From assembly GCF_006345805.1 (NCBI RefSeq), contig NC_042999.1, positions 15,686,001-15,750,000 of the forward strand: a stretch of DNA of 64,000 nt. The letters run 5' to 3'. Shown here piece after piece: positions 38,531-51,300 of this stretch. Position 1 is the stretch's first letter; every line of letters begins with the position of its first letter. A program made the position numbers and the translations under genes. The notes beneath the pieces are model-generated. The model was not told the origin of the DNA and made no database searches. It worked only from the letters and a program-made list of their open reading frames with translations. The stretch comes from Octopus sinensis (Eukaryota).

Positions 38531-38874
38531 ATCGATACCAGAGCTTCAATCTTAACAACTTATGGTCTCTTGAAGCTAGAAAGCCAGAGTTTACAAACTG
38601 AAGAGAATATCAACACAATATTACACTATACTGTAAATAAATAATTTGATTCAAAAGTTATGCTTGACACCATGTTAATTCCTGTAAAATAATGTATGCT
38701 TAAGCAATTAAGTTAGTGCTTGTGTTACACCAGCCAGACACATTTGATGCATATTTATTTGACAGTGTTTTGCCATTATTTGAATTTAGTTGGCTTAAAT
38801 TTAAAACCAAGACTGTATTGCATTTTAAGTGAGCTTAAAATAAGCATTTTACTGCTCATTAAGATAATTGTTAA

Positions 38875-39050
38875 TCCTTTTAATACCAACCTACCTGATA
38901 TTGCACCTAATCTAAATTAAACCTTTCCATCAAAATTTCATTAATTTAGTTTTTAAACACCAGCTTAATGACATTTTACTAAAGTCATTATTTTTTAGAT
39001 TAAGTGAAAGAAAAGTAGTGTATTTCAATAGAAATATTGTAAGAAAAGGG
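38875..39050. mobile_element. TTAA-flanked piggyBac-type MITE, diverged subfamily
   Basis: It runs TTAA|TCCTTTTAATACC...AGAAAAGGG|TTAA. Confidence 0.65.
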
Positions 39051-39222
39051 TTAAAAGACTTTTGAGCCTGTAACTCTTCAGCAGTAAGTGCCAGACATCA
39101 ATGCCTCAATAACGACTGGAATATCATCCTTTTCACCAAATAGAAACCCTTATAACTATCATAACTTTTATGATAGGTTACAACTGTTGGTTTTGCTCAA
39201 TATATATCAAAACATGCTTCCT

Positions 39223-39590
39223 TCATCATCATCATCATCATCGTTTAACGTCCGTTCTCCATGCCAGCATGGGTTGGACGGTTCGACCGGGGATCTGGGA
39301 AGCCAGAAGGCTGTACCAGGCTCCGGTCTTATCTGGCAATGTTTCTACAGCTGGATGCCCTTCCTAATGCCAACCACTCCGTGAGTGTAGTGGGTGCTTT
39401 TTACGTGCCACCTGCACTGGTACCAGGCAAGGCTGGCATCGGCCACGGTCGGATTGGTGCATTTTACGTGCCACTGGCATGGAAGCCAGTCGAGGCGGCA
39501 CTGGCTTTGGCCACGATTCGGATAGTGCTTTTTACATGCCACCGACACGGAAGCCAGTCGAGGCGGTGCTGGCATCAGGACGGCGCTTGA
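39223..39590 (-). mobile_element. RTE 3'-UTR-only copy with internal hairpin-unit repeats
   Basis: (CAT)n is followed by the reverse complement of the LINE 3' end, with repeated TTTTACGTGCCAC units. Confidence 0.85.
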
Positions 39591-40704
39591 AAAATCCCAT
39601 ACATTGAACCAAAAGTAACACTTGAAACTTAATCTAGTAAAACAGCGCCAGGTAGTCTGAAACAGTAAGTACAACTAGATATCTACATATTTTAATAAAA
39701 ATTTTGGATTCGTTTTGTACACTCACTGACTCATATACTGATACATATGTTACATTATTATGGCTCTATATTGTGAATTTTATAGTTAAGACGAAGAAAT
39801 TTCAGTCTCTAGTGATTCTGTCAAAATATAATTGATGCAACTTTTCCAAAATTTAATTGATAATATCATATTAACAATTTCTCTCCATTGATGTTCATGG
39901 CAGTTAATAATAGAATTTATGAAGTAAAAATATTAAAAAAAATAATTCCTTCACATTTATCTTTACATTTAGAAAAGAGAAAGTATATAATTAAATAATT
40001 TAAAATTATATAAAGAAATTAATTTTGGTATATTCTAAACTATTACACAGTCAAGTTCTAAACAATAACATGTGTGAAAATTGCAGATACAGAAACTGAA
40101 AGGGAAGTTGGATAACTACCTGGAAAATTGGCAATTTTCACTCTGATACTTGTTGCCTACCCTCAATCCAGTATTCTCAGTGGTACCTACCACCTAGTAG
40201 AAATATAATTCACAGATTCAAACAGAGGTAGTGTTACAAAATTAATAACTGTTGTAATGGTTGGCAGGGCCAGATACAGTTCTACTGTCAGTATTGATCC
40301 ATTCTCATGGATATCATGTTGAAAACTGAGCTAAAATTTACTAGACAAAACTATAGTTCATCAAAGGCATACACACACACACACATCAATTTTTTGTGAT
40401 ACATTATTTCCTTCCTTCTCTTCTGCTCTACTGAAATGATATTCTCTGCATCCAGCTCATTCCATATCTCTAATTATTTTTCACACTTTCTCATTACCTA
40501 TCCATCCACTGTATCTATGTCCTGGTCTTTCTTTCATATTCACTTGGTTCCTTGACCACGTGCTCCTCCCCACCTCTCTCTCTCTCCCTTTCCAACTAGG
40601 CAAGCCATGTATTCAACTCTTCAGCAAGATACCTTCTCCTGCCCTTCTATTATACTTTCTTATGCTCCCCAAGTTGAAGGGACCTGTCTTGTTGACCTCA
40701 TCAA

Positions 40705-40881
40705 TGCAGGTGCCATGAAGAAAGCACCCAGTACACTCTGTGAAGTGGTTGGCATCAATAAGGGCATCCAGCTCTCAAAAACATACTAAAGCAGACATTA
40801 CAATTCAGTGCAGCCTTTTGGCTCATGCTTGATCCATGTCAGCATGGAAAAGATGTCAATTGATGATGATGATAATGATGA
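40705..40881 (+). mobile_element. Older RTE 3'-tail copy
   Basis: The GTGGTTGGCATCAATAAGGGCATCCAGC core, CATGGAAAA and a GAT tail are present. Confidence 0.7.
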
Positions 40882-40984
40882 TATATATACAAATACACAC
40901 ACACATATATATATATATATATGTCTATAAATATATAGAAGTATACATACATACATATATGCATACATTCATATATATGTACAT

Positions 40985-41640
40985 CAGGGATATGCCACCT
41001 TATTTCTTTATTGCCCACAAGGGGCTAAACATAGAGGGTCAAACAAGGACGGACAAAGGGATTAATTCGATTACATTGACCCCAGTGTGTAACTGGTACT
41101 CAATTTATCGACCCCGAAAGGATGAAAGGCAAAGTTGACCTCAGCGGAATTTGAACTCAGAACATAGCGGCAGATGAAATACCGCTTAGCATTTTGCCCG
41201 GCGTGCTAACATTTCTGCCAGCTCGCCGCCTTCAAGGATGTGCCACCTGGGTAGGCAAGGTTGGCAGTGCCTACCCTGAATAAAATAGATCGATAGTAAC
41301 ATTTTCCTTTTATGGTAAAATATGCACCTAATTCAATAAGGTTATGAAAGTTACTCTGATTACTAGGCACGAAATGCAAGATATTTTATTGTTTTGTAGA
41401 TTAGGTAGGCATAATTTGCCCCTGCCATTCAATCTCAGTATTAATGCTATGCATAGTAATGCTGTAGTACACATGCTGCATACATTCCTACAACAATGTT
41501 TTCTTTATGCGCTATAAATGCAGAAGTAAATTTACCTACAACTCAGTCGTATGCCTGTGTTTTGCTTATTTTTTTTTGTGTTTTACTACATAAACATCAC
41601 AAACTGCCTACCCTAGGTAATTACTGATGGCACGTGCCTG
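40985..41640. mobile_element. hAT-type MITE interrupted by a SINE
   Basis: The TIRs are CAGGGATATGCCA and TGGCACGTGCCTG. The 8-bp TSDs are ATGTACAT (40977-40984) and GTGTACAT (41641-41648). GGTAGGCA/TGCCTACC subterminal motifs are present. Confidence 0.7.
41001..41235 (-). mobile_element. SINE family A inserted in the left end of a hAT MITE
   Basis: The TSD GGAT(A/G)TGCCACCT lies at 40988-41000 and 41236-41248. The sequence is nearly identical to 253-487. Confidence 0.9.
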
Positions 41641-42059
41641 GTGTACATGTATATATGCTTACTATATAAATGCAAGTGTATGTGGTTATAAATGTGTGCA
41701 TAGCCCATAAAGAATCTGAAACAGTGCATCCTTGAGAAATACAAATTTGATTTTCGAAATCTGCTTCCCATGGAAAAGGTTGTCCATAAATACTAATAAA
41801 AAACATAATTTTCTATGAGAAATAACAACTTTTAGACTGACAACTCTCCCACTCTCTATCTTTCACCAACAATGTATCCCTCTCTATATATTTACCATAC
41901 TTTTTAACATCACTCTCTTTGCATATATGTTAACTCTCATGCATTGTTTTCATTTTGTTTAAAAACTCATCTGATGTTTACTTATATTTTATGACATCTA
42001 TTATGCATAAATCCTGTTTTCTGATTGGATAAAAATGACGAAACTTTAAACATCTTTTA

Positions 42060-42250
42060 TTCTTTTACTTGTTTCAGTCGTTTGACTGCTGCAATGCTGA
42101 AGCACTGCTTAAAAGGGTTTTTAGCTGATGAAAATTGACTCCAGGGCTTATTCTTTGCAAGCCTCGTACTTATTCTATTGGTCTCTTTTGCCAAACTGCT
42201 AAGTTACAGGGATGCAAACAGACACACACAAACATATACATATATGTGCA

Positions 42251-42294
<44 letters not shown>

Positions 42295-42445
42295 ACTGGC
42301 TTCTTTCCATTGACCAAATCCACTCACAAGGTTTTGGTTGGCCCAAGCCTATAGTAGAAGACACTTGCCAAAGGTACCACACAGTGGAAATGAACCCAGA
42401 ATCATGTGGTTGGGAAGCAAGCTTCTTACCATACAGCCATGCTAG
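42060..42445 (-). mobile_element. SINE family B
   Basis: The family B core is present in reverse orientation with an internal (GT)n. Confidence 0.85.
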
Positions 42446-43396
42446 TGCCTGTAAAAATTTCCTTAAATTTTTCTGGAATTAATGATGTAGAAGCTGGGAT
42501 TCAGCATGTAAAAGTACATCAATATACCAAATTTGAAAATTTTACTTAATTTTGAAATTTCAAAATCTGTGACAGCAAAAGAAAAAAATCTCTTACTCCT
42601 CTCTGTCTGTCTCTCTCTCTCTCTGTCTTATGGTAAAATTTCTTCCTCTCTCTTTATTTTATCACACTTTCTCTCACCTTCTGTAAAAGTATATCACTCA
42701 TGCTGAGTGTATGTCTGTGTTTGTTAGAGTGTGTGTATTCATGTGTGTAAGGAATTTCATTAGGGCAACAGACTGCTTGATGCAGGGAAGTGAGAGATTA
42801 AAAATTTAAATTACATTTTTTGTTATTGTTGTTGTTGCTTACATACCAGGCAATGGACCACAGCATTATCATTCCAGAAAATGTGTTGATGGGAATAAAA
42901 ATAAAGGAAAACATCAATATTTGTCAGAGGGATAAAGAAATAAGTAAGGTAGCAGGTGGTCATGACTTATGCTAGAAATAACAGCTAAATATCCCTTAAA
43001 TCACATACCTTTTTGCTTGAAAATTATTTTGAAATTATAAACAGAAACAAATCGTGGACTTGGATTGTCTATATTTTTAAAATATGATAAAACATTTTGG
43101 AAAAAAAGTCAAAATTTTAGGATTTATGGAGGGGCAGGGTTAACGAAAAAATTGAAAAAGGTTTCACTATTCAGTTCTATATACTAAAACAAAACTGGGC
43201 AAAATTGGTCCAGAAATGGGGAGGGGGGATTCATAAAATGTTCCCCCTTCCATCATTTTCAAGGGTGTAGTGGGAAAAAATGGAGAAAATCCAACATGTG
43301 GGTGTGCTGTTCCCAAAATCTGCCAAGGCATTCTATTGAGAAATTTACCCAGCAAGGGCAGGATACTCAGCTAGTATATAAATATATTTATATATA

Positions 43397-44020
43397 TCAT
43401 CAACAACATCATTCAAAATCCATCTTCCATGGGTTGGATGGTTTGACAGGAGCCTGCCAGGTAGAAGACAACACACCAAGCTACTGTGTCTGTTTTGGCA
43501 TGGGTTTTATGGCTGGATGCCCTTCCTAACACCAACCACCCTGCAGGATGGACTAAGTGCTTTTTACATGGCTCCAGCACAAACGAGGTCTGTTTTGGCA
43601 TGGTTTTATGGCTGGATGCCCTTCCTAACACCAACCACCCTGCAGGATGGACTAAGTGCTTTTTACATGGCTCCAGCACAAACGAGGTCTGTTTTGGCAT
43701 GGTTTTATGGCTGGATGCCCTTCCTAACACCAACCACCCTGCAGGATGGACTAAGTGCTTTTTACATGGCTCCAGCACAAACGAGGTCTGTTTTGGCATG
43801 TTTTTATGGCTGGATGCCCTTCCTAACACCAACCACCCTGCAGGATGGACTAAGTGCTTTTTACATGGCTCCAGCACAAACGAGGTCTGTTTTGGCATGG
43901 TTTTTAGAGCTGGATGCCCTTCTCAATGCCAACCACTTCACCGTGTAGACTTGATGCTTTTTAAATGGTACTTTTTAAATGCCACCACCACTGGCAGGGT
44001 CACCAAGTAACTTGCAAGAA
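43397..44020 (-). mobile_element. RTE 3'-tail-related element carrying a 99-bp tandem array
   Basis: The CAT-rich end, TTCCATGGGTTGGATGGTTTGAC and GCTGGATGCCCTTCCTAAC match the reverse complement of the LINE tail. Confidence 0.8.
43491..43940. repeat. Tandem repeat, 99-bp unit, about 4.4 near-identical copies
   Basis: TGTTTTGGCA recurs at 43491, 43591, 43690, 43789 and 43888. Confidence 0.95.
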
Positions 44021-44409
44021 AAGGAATTTTACATACAGGCATACACACACACACACACATACAAACACAGACACATATGTATGTGTACAGTAATATCAAT
44101 TATTTTCCAGACATAAAAAAAAGAAAAGAAGAAACAATTCCAATATATCTGATTGGTAAAAGGATATGGTACGAATAATATAATAGATTATTTGACTCAA
44201 AACTGATCAAAAAGGTACATACTTAACAAAATAAAGTTATGAGATGACTTCTTCTCTGTATAGGAATGAGAATATATCTCTCAGTCTATGAGGAATTCTG
44301 ATTAATAATATAATTCTTCAGTTTAAAAAGATAATGAGTCCTATTCTAAATTCTTACGTTGACTATAATGCTTTGTAAGTATTGGAAATAAAATTTTGAA
44401 ACAAAATAT

Positions 44410-44556
44410 CCTTTTCTACTCTAGACACAAGACCCAAAATTTTTGCGACCCTAGTATGCAACTGGTACTTAATTTATCAACCCCAAAAGGATGAATGGCA
44501 AAGTCAACCTTAGCAGAATTTGAACTCAGAATGTAAAGACAGACGAAATACCACTA
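44410..44556 (-). mobile_element. Partial SINE, family A-related
   Basis: The shared core ACTGGTACTTAATTTATCAACCCCAAAAGGATGAATGGCAAAGTCAACC is present. Confidence 0.8.
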
Positions 44557-44972
44557 ACAAAATATCACTACGGATATCTAGTCCACATCTTTTTTGTGAA
44601 ATTTTGGCTTACATTCTTATAGGTTTAAGGTACACTCTCAATACAGTTTAGCAGGGTAAATAGATAGGTATTATTGTTTTGAAGTCATCATTGTCATCAT
44701 TGTTGATTAAACATCCCTATTTTTCCCAAGTTTGTATGAGTCAGATTGAATAATGATGTTTTTAAAGTAAAGACATCTCAACATCTTCTATGAGCAGGAT
44801 TGAATTTTTTTTTTAAATCAATTTTTTCTCTCTCCAAGGATGAAAAATTGAAAGTTGAAAACGACAGAAACTCAAAACCATCGTCAAATATAGAAGAACA
44901 TATTTATAATCAATATTAGCTGAAAAGGAAATATCTCCTAATATAATAATGAACATAGTGCTTTTATATATT

Positions 44973-45003
<31 letters not shown>

Positions 45004-45765
45004 TTGTCCAAAATCATGCAGCCAGAGTAAATGGTGAAGGAAGAGGTGAGAAAATATTGATTCAGTGAAGGAGAAGTAGTGAGAGTAATAACCATGACTG
45101 TGAAGGAATGAGAGAAAGTAATAGCAATGAGAAAGAGGAAGTGGCAAAGAGAACGTCGTGTATCTTCTACAATGATAATCTACTATAATAATACTCTTGT
45201 GTATTTCTCTGACACAACATATGAATGAGAAAGGAAGGGGTGATTCACTGATGGAAGTGAAACAAAAATCAAACAGTGCTTCAACTCTGTGTTAGTATAT
45301 GTCTCTGAGTGTAAAAGGGAGGAATGTGAATGTTTATATATTTGAATGAGTGTACATGTGTTTGTGTATCTTTATTTTGAAAGATACATAGAAAATAGAA
45401 TTACAGACACACACACTTTTACACATACATACATATATATATGTATGTATATAAACAGACACACTTAAAAAGGAAGGAAGTGGGCTGTGACAAAGTATAG
45501 GAAACTGCATTAACTACAGACTGTGCTACTCATACATATAAATGTATACATATGCACACACACACGTACACAGTTGAAGCACTGTTATCTTTTTCACCTT
45601 TTTGAACACATTTTATATATAAAATATTACAATTAGACATCGTTTTTGATGGCACAGGGTAAGCTGGTATATAATAATGTCATAATATATTTACTATATG
45701 CAATCAATAATATTACTTAACACACATACTTTCACACACACATATATATATATATGCATACACAC

Positions 45766-45958
45766 ATAAATATAATATAATATATATATATTATAATATA
45801 ATATATATATATTATAATATAATATATATATATTATAATATAATATATATATATATATATAATATAATATATATATATATATATTATAATATAATATATA
45901 TATATATATATAATATAATATATATATATATATATTATAATATATATATATTATATAT

Positions 45959-45987
<29 letters not shown>
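45766..45987. repeat. Compound (TA)n/(TATAA)/(GATA)n low-complexity tract
   Basis: Direct inspection shows about 200 bp of almost pure A/T. Confidence 0.95.
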
Positions 45988-45990
<3 letters not shown>

Positions 45991-46082
45991 AGATGAATAT
46001 GGTACTTAAAGCACCAGAATTTTGTTGAGGCACCAGAATTTAGTATGGTATTATACATACAATTTCAAAATAAGGTGATTAA

Positions 46083-46468
46083 AATCAAAATAAGTAACAA
46101 GGATATCTAGAAGTAATGCAGTATGATCGTTTCATGTGACTCCATTCAATTGAAGAATGCAATCATTTCATTACATCAATTTAAAATGTAGAGCAATCTT
46201 CAGCTGCACAAAGACATAGAATTTAACACCTATGATGTTGTTGGTAAAACATGTTCTTTGTCTATCTCATTATCCTCTTGGAGATTTTAGGTAAAAATTA
46301 TAGTAATGTCTCCTTCTAATTTAATGAAATTCTATGTCTTTGTGCAGCTGAAGATTGCCCTAGATTTTAAATTGATGTAATTATATGATTGCATTGTTCA
46401 ATTAAATGGAGTCGCATGAAACAATCGCACTGCATTACCTCTGGATATTCTTGTTGCTTATCTTGATT
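46083..46468. repeat. Fold-back element: two ~142-bp inverted arms with a ~100-bp spacer
   Basis: 46083-46224 is the reverse complement of 46327-46468 with scattered mismatches. Confidence 0.9.
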
Positions 46469-46483
46469 ATATATACATATATA

Positions 46484-46526
<43 letters not shown>

Positions 46527-47249
46527 CTGTTTCCAGGATATTTATTAATTATATCCCTTCATCGGAGACAGTGTGAGAGGATGGTTAAGTAATAATTAAT
46601 TTAGATAGGATACAAAATAGAGAGTGAGGTACCTGTATGTATATGTATGTATATTGAGTGTTACTGAAGTAGAACATCTTGGAAAAGTGTTGATCTGAGC
46701 TTCATGCAATAAGTCATTAAACAGGAAACTCTAAATAACACTTTGCAGTGTTTTCAGGTTCAACTAAACACTATATATTTCGCTCTTCTTTTGCTAATCA
46801 TTTGTTTTGTACATATGTAATCACGTGTTTATAGGTGCACACATATAGTCACATGTGTCTATATGTGTACACATGCACATGCACACACACACACACATAC
46901 ACACACACGCATTTGTCTATCTATGTATGTATGTGTGTCTGTGGAATTACCAAAAGTACTGGAAGAAAATTAGAGATGAGATCAGAATGATGAGACAAAG
47001 AAAGAAAGTGTGAAGTAGGGAAACAAAAATGATAAAAGATGGCAAGATTGATGAAGTAGCAGAGAAAAAGAGGATAGTTTTCCAAAACGTGAAAAACCAT
47101 TATTTTCTGACAATCAGTATTGAACTTATCAGTGGAATGTAGCAACAATGATCTTAGAGTCTTTTAGTGTCAAAAAAAACAAAAAACCCCAGCTGGTTCC
47201 ACAGTTCCCCAACTTTCAAGTGAGAGTTGTCAAATAGCCTCCACCACGA

Positions 47250-48090
47250 TCTCTCCTCCGTGCTCACAAATGCTTTACACCGGAGAATATCTTTAAATCT
47301 TTATAAGGCCACCATTCAACTTTGTAATGAATGATGCTGTCATCTTTCAACTGGTGTCTCCTCTTTGTATCTTAATTACTTGATCAAATTCAGTATCCAG
47401 TTCTTAACATGGTGGGTCGCTTCTTTCTACTAGCTTGGGGTCCTTGGCTCACATTTTTGAAAAAAAAAAAAGAAATATATATCTTCATTGTGTCTTTTCT
47501 ATAAGCATGTTCATGCCATGGCTCTGACGAACTTTCTGGCTTAGTACCCTCATTCAAGATCTTCTGTACCTTCTTTTACAAACCTTGTTTGAGACAAAAT
47601 CATATGAATAAAAAGCTATTAAGAAGACACAAGAAAACCTTAACACAGTAGTGGTTGGTTACACAAAATAATCCCAATATACGAACGCTGTGTTTCTACA
47701 AAGGACTCTTTATTTCACTCACAACTTTCTCTGCTTTTCACTGAAGGCAGACACATACTATATACAATGGCATTGATGAAACCAGTTTTAACAAACACCA
47801 TATCTGTGACAGTGGGATGAAAATAATTTATGAACATCAAGCGTGGATAGTTCAAGTTATTCACCACTGCCATTTCAAAAATATCCTTGGGATCCAGATC
47901 AAATATGTTACAGTCATCTGGATAATGAGGGTGATTAGCACCATCTCCAACATCAATTTCTAAAATACTGATGTTACTTTACAGCTCATCAACATTTTCA
48001 GAAATTTCATTCTTCCTGACATCAAGAGGCTGCAAGACGCTATCCAGCAGTTCATTAAGCTTGAATCTGTATCTGTAACCTGTCATGAAT
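47250..48090 (-). pseudogene. Possible decayed piggyBac-like transposase
   Basis: YPRLMFINYFHPTVTDMVFVKT, YIGIIL, VRAMA and DDSIIHYK occur in the order of piggyBac motifs (P..F..FF...I...T, FIG.L, MSR, DE.MIPFK), with many stops. Confidence 0.3.
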
Positions 48091-48467
48091 GTGGTTTACA
48101 ACTTCAGGAATTATTTGATTGGTTAAAAAAAACACTTACACTAAAAATTTAAATGCTGATGATATAAGGATCAACACAGTGAATGGATTTGATGCAAATT
48201 CTCCGGCATCATCTGAACACATATTTAGTATGTTTTCAGAAACTAAGCAATCCACAAAAGATGGTAACAGGTTGAGGATAGTTTTAACAACAAAGAAAAC
48301 TAAAATGACTGAATGAATATCAGTAGAAAAATTTGAAATGAATAATAAAATGTTAACAAACTAACCACAGTGAAATCAACTATGGATGAATGTAGTGGAA
48401 TGCGCTGATAGCAATTAAGGTGTCTGTTGTTTTTGTTATGAGAAAGATAAAGGCTAGTCAATGAAAT

Positions 48468-48502
<35 letters not shown>

Positions 48503-48503
<1 letters not shown>

Positions 48504-48719
48504 TCTTTTCTACTCTAGGCACAAGGTTTGAAATTTTGGAGGAGGGGTCCAGTCGATAAGATCGACCCCAGTATGCAACTGGTACTTAATTTATCAACTC
48601 CAAAAAGATGAAAGGCAAAGTCAACCTTGGTGGAATTTGAACTCAGAACGTAGCAGCAGACGAAATACCGCTAAGCATTTCACTCAGCATGCTAACGATT
48701 CTGCCAGCTTGGTGCCTTA
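48503..48719 (-). mobile_element. SINE, family A-related, inserted in a (CA)n tract
   Basis: It has the same core and head, with (CA)n on both sides. Confidence 0.85.
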
Positions 48720-50141
48720 CACACACACACACACACACACACGCACATATTAAAAGAATGTAAAAGTAAATATAGTTCAACTAAAATTTACTTAACAACA
48801 TTAAATTATGACACCACATGAATGAATCAATTTCCTTAGCATACTTTTGCTGAAATATGATGCCAATTTTTCTTTAATAATTTTGGAAACAATCAAGTAT
48901 CTGTATGGTTTTATTAAAATAACTAGCTTTCCATTATATCAGCAATGTTCAAAACGTAACTTAAAGACATTTTCTTTCACAAGATTATGATGGAATATTT
49001 TAATTTAAATCTGAACACTTTAAAATGAAAGGGTTTGTATCACAAAACCAGAAACAGTGTCAAAAGAGTTAAGGACATTTCTAAAAGAGTTATTTCTTAT
49101 GATTAATTAGATGAGTGAATGATTTTTTTGTTGGAATTATCTTCTGTACAACAGGTTGCCCTTTTTATAACTAACCACTCAACCAGCAAATACAGAGTGG
49201 AGCCTGTTTTTTGTTCAGTCAAGCAAACTGGAGCAAACAGAGCTACATCTCCAGCTCAGATACACAACACAATAACTCTAATAGTAAAATATGAACTTAT
49301 GGCCTACTGGTGCAGCACCTTAATTTCAGAGTCATTGTAGATAATATAGATTATATTTGAAAATGTATTCTGCAGCAAATAAATTATTACATTTGGCATC
49401 AATAATGGATCCTTACATTTAGTACAAGCTATATTGTGAAGGAACGTGGTTGCTGAGAGCTAAAATTTAATAAAGAACATTGGAGTGGTAGTTAAAGAAT
49501 CTCAGTTCCAAACGTCACTGGTGACACACATACTCTGAATAGTTTAAGACTTATGATTTATAATTCAATCCAAAGATCATTAATAAAAAGGATTTGATGG
49601 AGACAATGAATGGCTCCAGATAGTATATTTATCTTTAAATCTGTTACGTATTACAATTCAAGTTTCACTGTGAAGTGAGACACTAAACTGCAAAGAAATA
49701 CACCACATTTATTGCAAAAAGTAAGAAGTTCTTAGATTTACCTCACAAATTACTTTAGTTTTATAACCTCTAGATAGAAAATGTGCGTTGAGTAACCAAA
49801 AACCTAAATACTTTTCATATGGCTAGAACCACCTTCGTATGTGAGTGTACACACACACATAAACACACACACACACATATACGCATACATATGCACATAT
49901 ACAAATATAACCATAATGCTTGCATATTATCCAGTATGTGAAATAAAACAGTTTGTGATGTAGATTTTGCAATTAGTTTTCAAAAGAAATTACATGATAT
50001 ATTACTCTGGAAGTAAATCTTCCCCTCCCTTGTTCTATAGTGTGTCATGTAATTCTGTTTGGTTACCAATTTTGTAGGTTATATACATTTAATTTGCAAT
50101 CAGCATTTGAATACAGAATTTAAAATAAACTTTTATATATA

Positions 50142-51300
50142 TTATGTCATCCCATAAATAATGCAGTCTTTTATACTTCTTTTATTTTTCAAAATTAAGA
50201 TAAACAAAGTTCTTTTTTAATCTAACATATACTCTCCTTCAATTTCTACAATGATTTTCTGTCTATCTGGTAGTCTTGTAAGGCCCCTTCTTCCAAAATT
50301 CACTTGTCCATGATGAAAAATACTTCTCTTCTGACCTCGTCTGCAAAATTCATATTTTTTCCATTTGAATGATTTTGAAGACTGCAGAATAAATGATAAT
50401 CAGTTGGGTCAATGTCCGGCAAATATGATGGGTGGAGCATCATTTCCCATTCAAACTGCTCTAGCCTTTGGAATGTCATCCTTGCTGTATGTGGCTGAGC
50501 ATTATCCTTATGGAAGAACACCTTTCATCTTGAAACCAAAGATGGTTGTTTTTCTTCTAGTGCTGACTTAAGCAGCTCAAGCTGCTTCCTTTGTTATCAT
50601 TCGGTTTGGACTTTAAAATTCTAAGTGGACTAAACCTTTCATATCCCACAAAACAGATAAGAACACCTTACATATCTTCTTTAGTCTGAGGTGCTGGTGT
50701 TTTTCTTTTCACTACCCACTGTCTCAGGTACTTGACATTTTTATTGAGAACCCATTTCTTGTCACCAGTCACTATTCAGGCCCCAAAAAAGTCATGAGAC
50801 GTGACAGAAAAGAAGAGCACAATTTCAGTCTGTGTGCACGATTAGACTTGGAAAGTTTGTGAGGAACCCATTGTCTCAACTTGCTGACTTTTCTGATGCC
50901 ACACAGATATTGATGAATGGTTGAATAACCAAATCCAAGCTTCTCTGATACTGATAGTTCCTCAACACTTACGATGGGAGTTTGTTATAGTAACTTGATG
51001 CAAGTAGTTTATCCTGTCCCCTTCTGATTTTTAGTTCATGCAACTGAAAAAACTGCATTAGTTATGAGATGACTCAGTATATATCCACATGGCTCTAATG
51101 TTGGTCAAAACAAATCATATATGTTTAATAACACAAATTATTGTTGATACTAAATGACTATCAAACAGCAGGAATTAGGGAATCATGTTAAAAGTTGGTT
51201 TAAAACTTATGATGAACTTTGCACAGAGGTAGATTATTTTAAATTTCATGATTATGAAATGAAATTTTCGATGTTTAATTAATTGCATAGATAAGAGGGA
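50142..51300 (-). pseudogene. Decayed near-full-length mariner (D,D34D) transposase
   Basis: Motifs present: QWVPHKL, VTGDKKWV, WDMKG, HKDNAQPH and HPSYLPDIDPTDYHLFCSLQNH. A TIR-like TATTATGTCATCCCATAAATAATGC is at 50140. The upper boundary is approximate. Confidence 0.85.

Noticed and set aside
43491-43940. CRISPR-like appearance of regular repeats (also 54645-54860)
   Set aside because: The units are contiguous with no unique spacers, there are no cas genes, and the context is eukaryotic.
43413-44010. Three overlapping 143-174 aa ORFs with a 33-aa repeat
   Set aside because: They are a by-product of a 99-bp (multiple of 3) tandem array derived from a non-coding retroelement tail. They are open in several frames on both strands with no protein motif.
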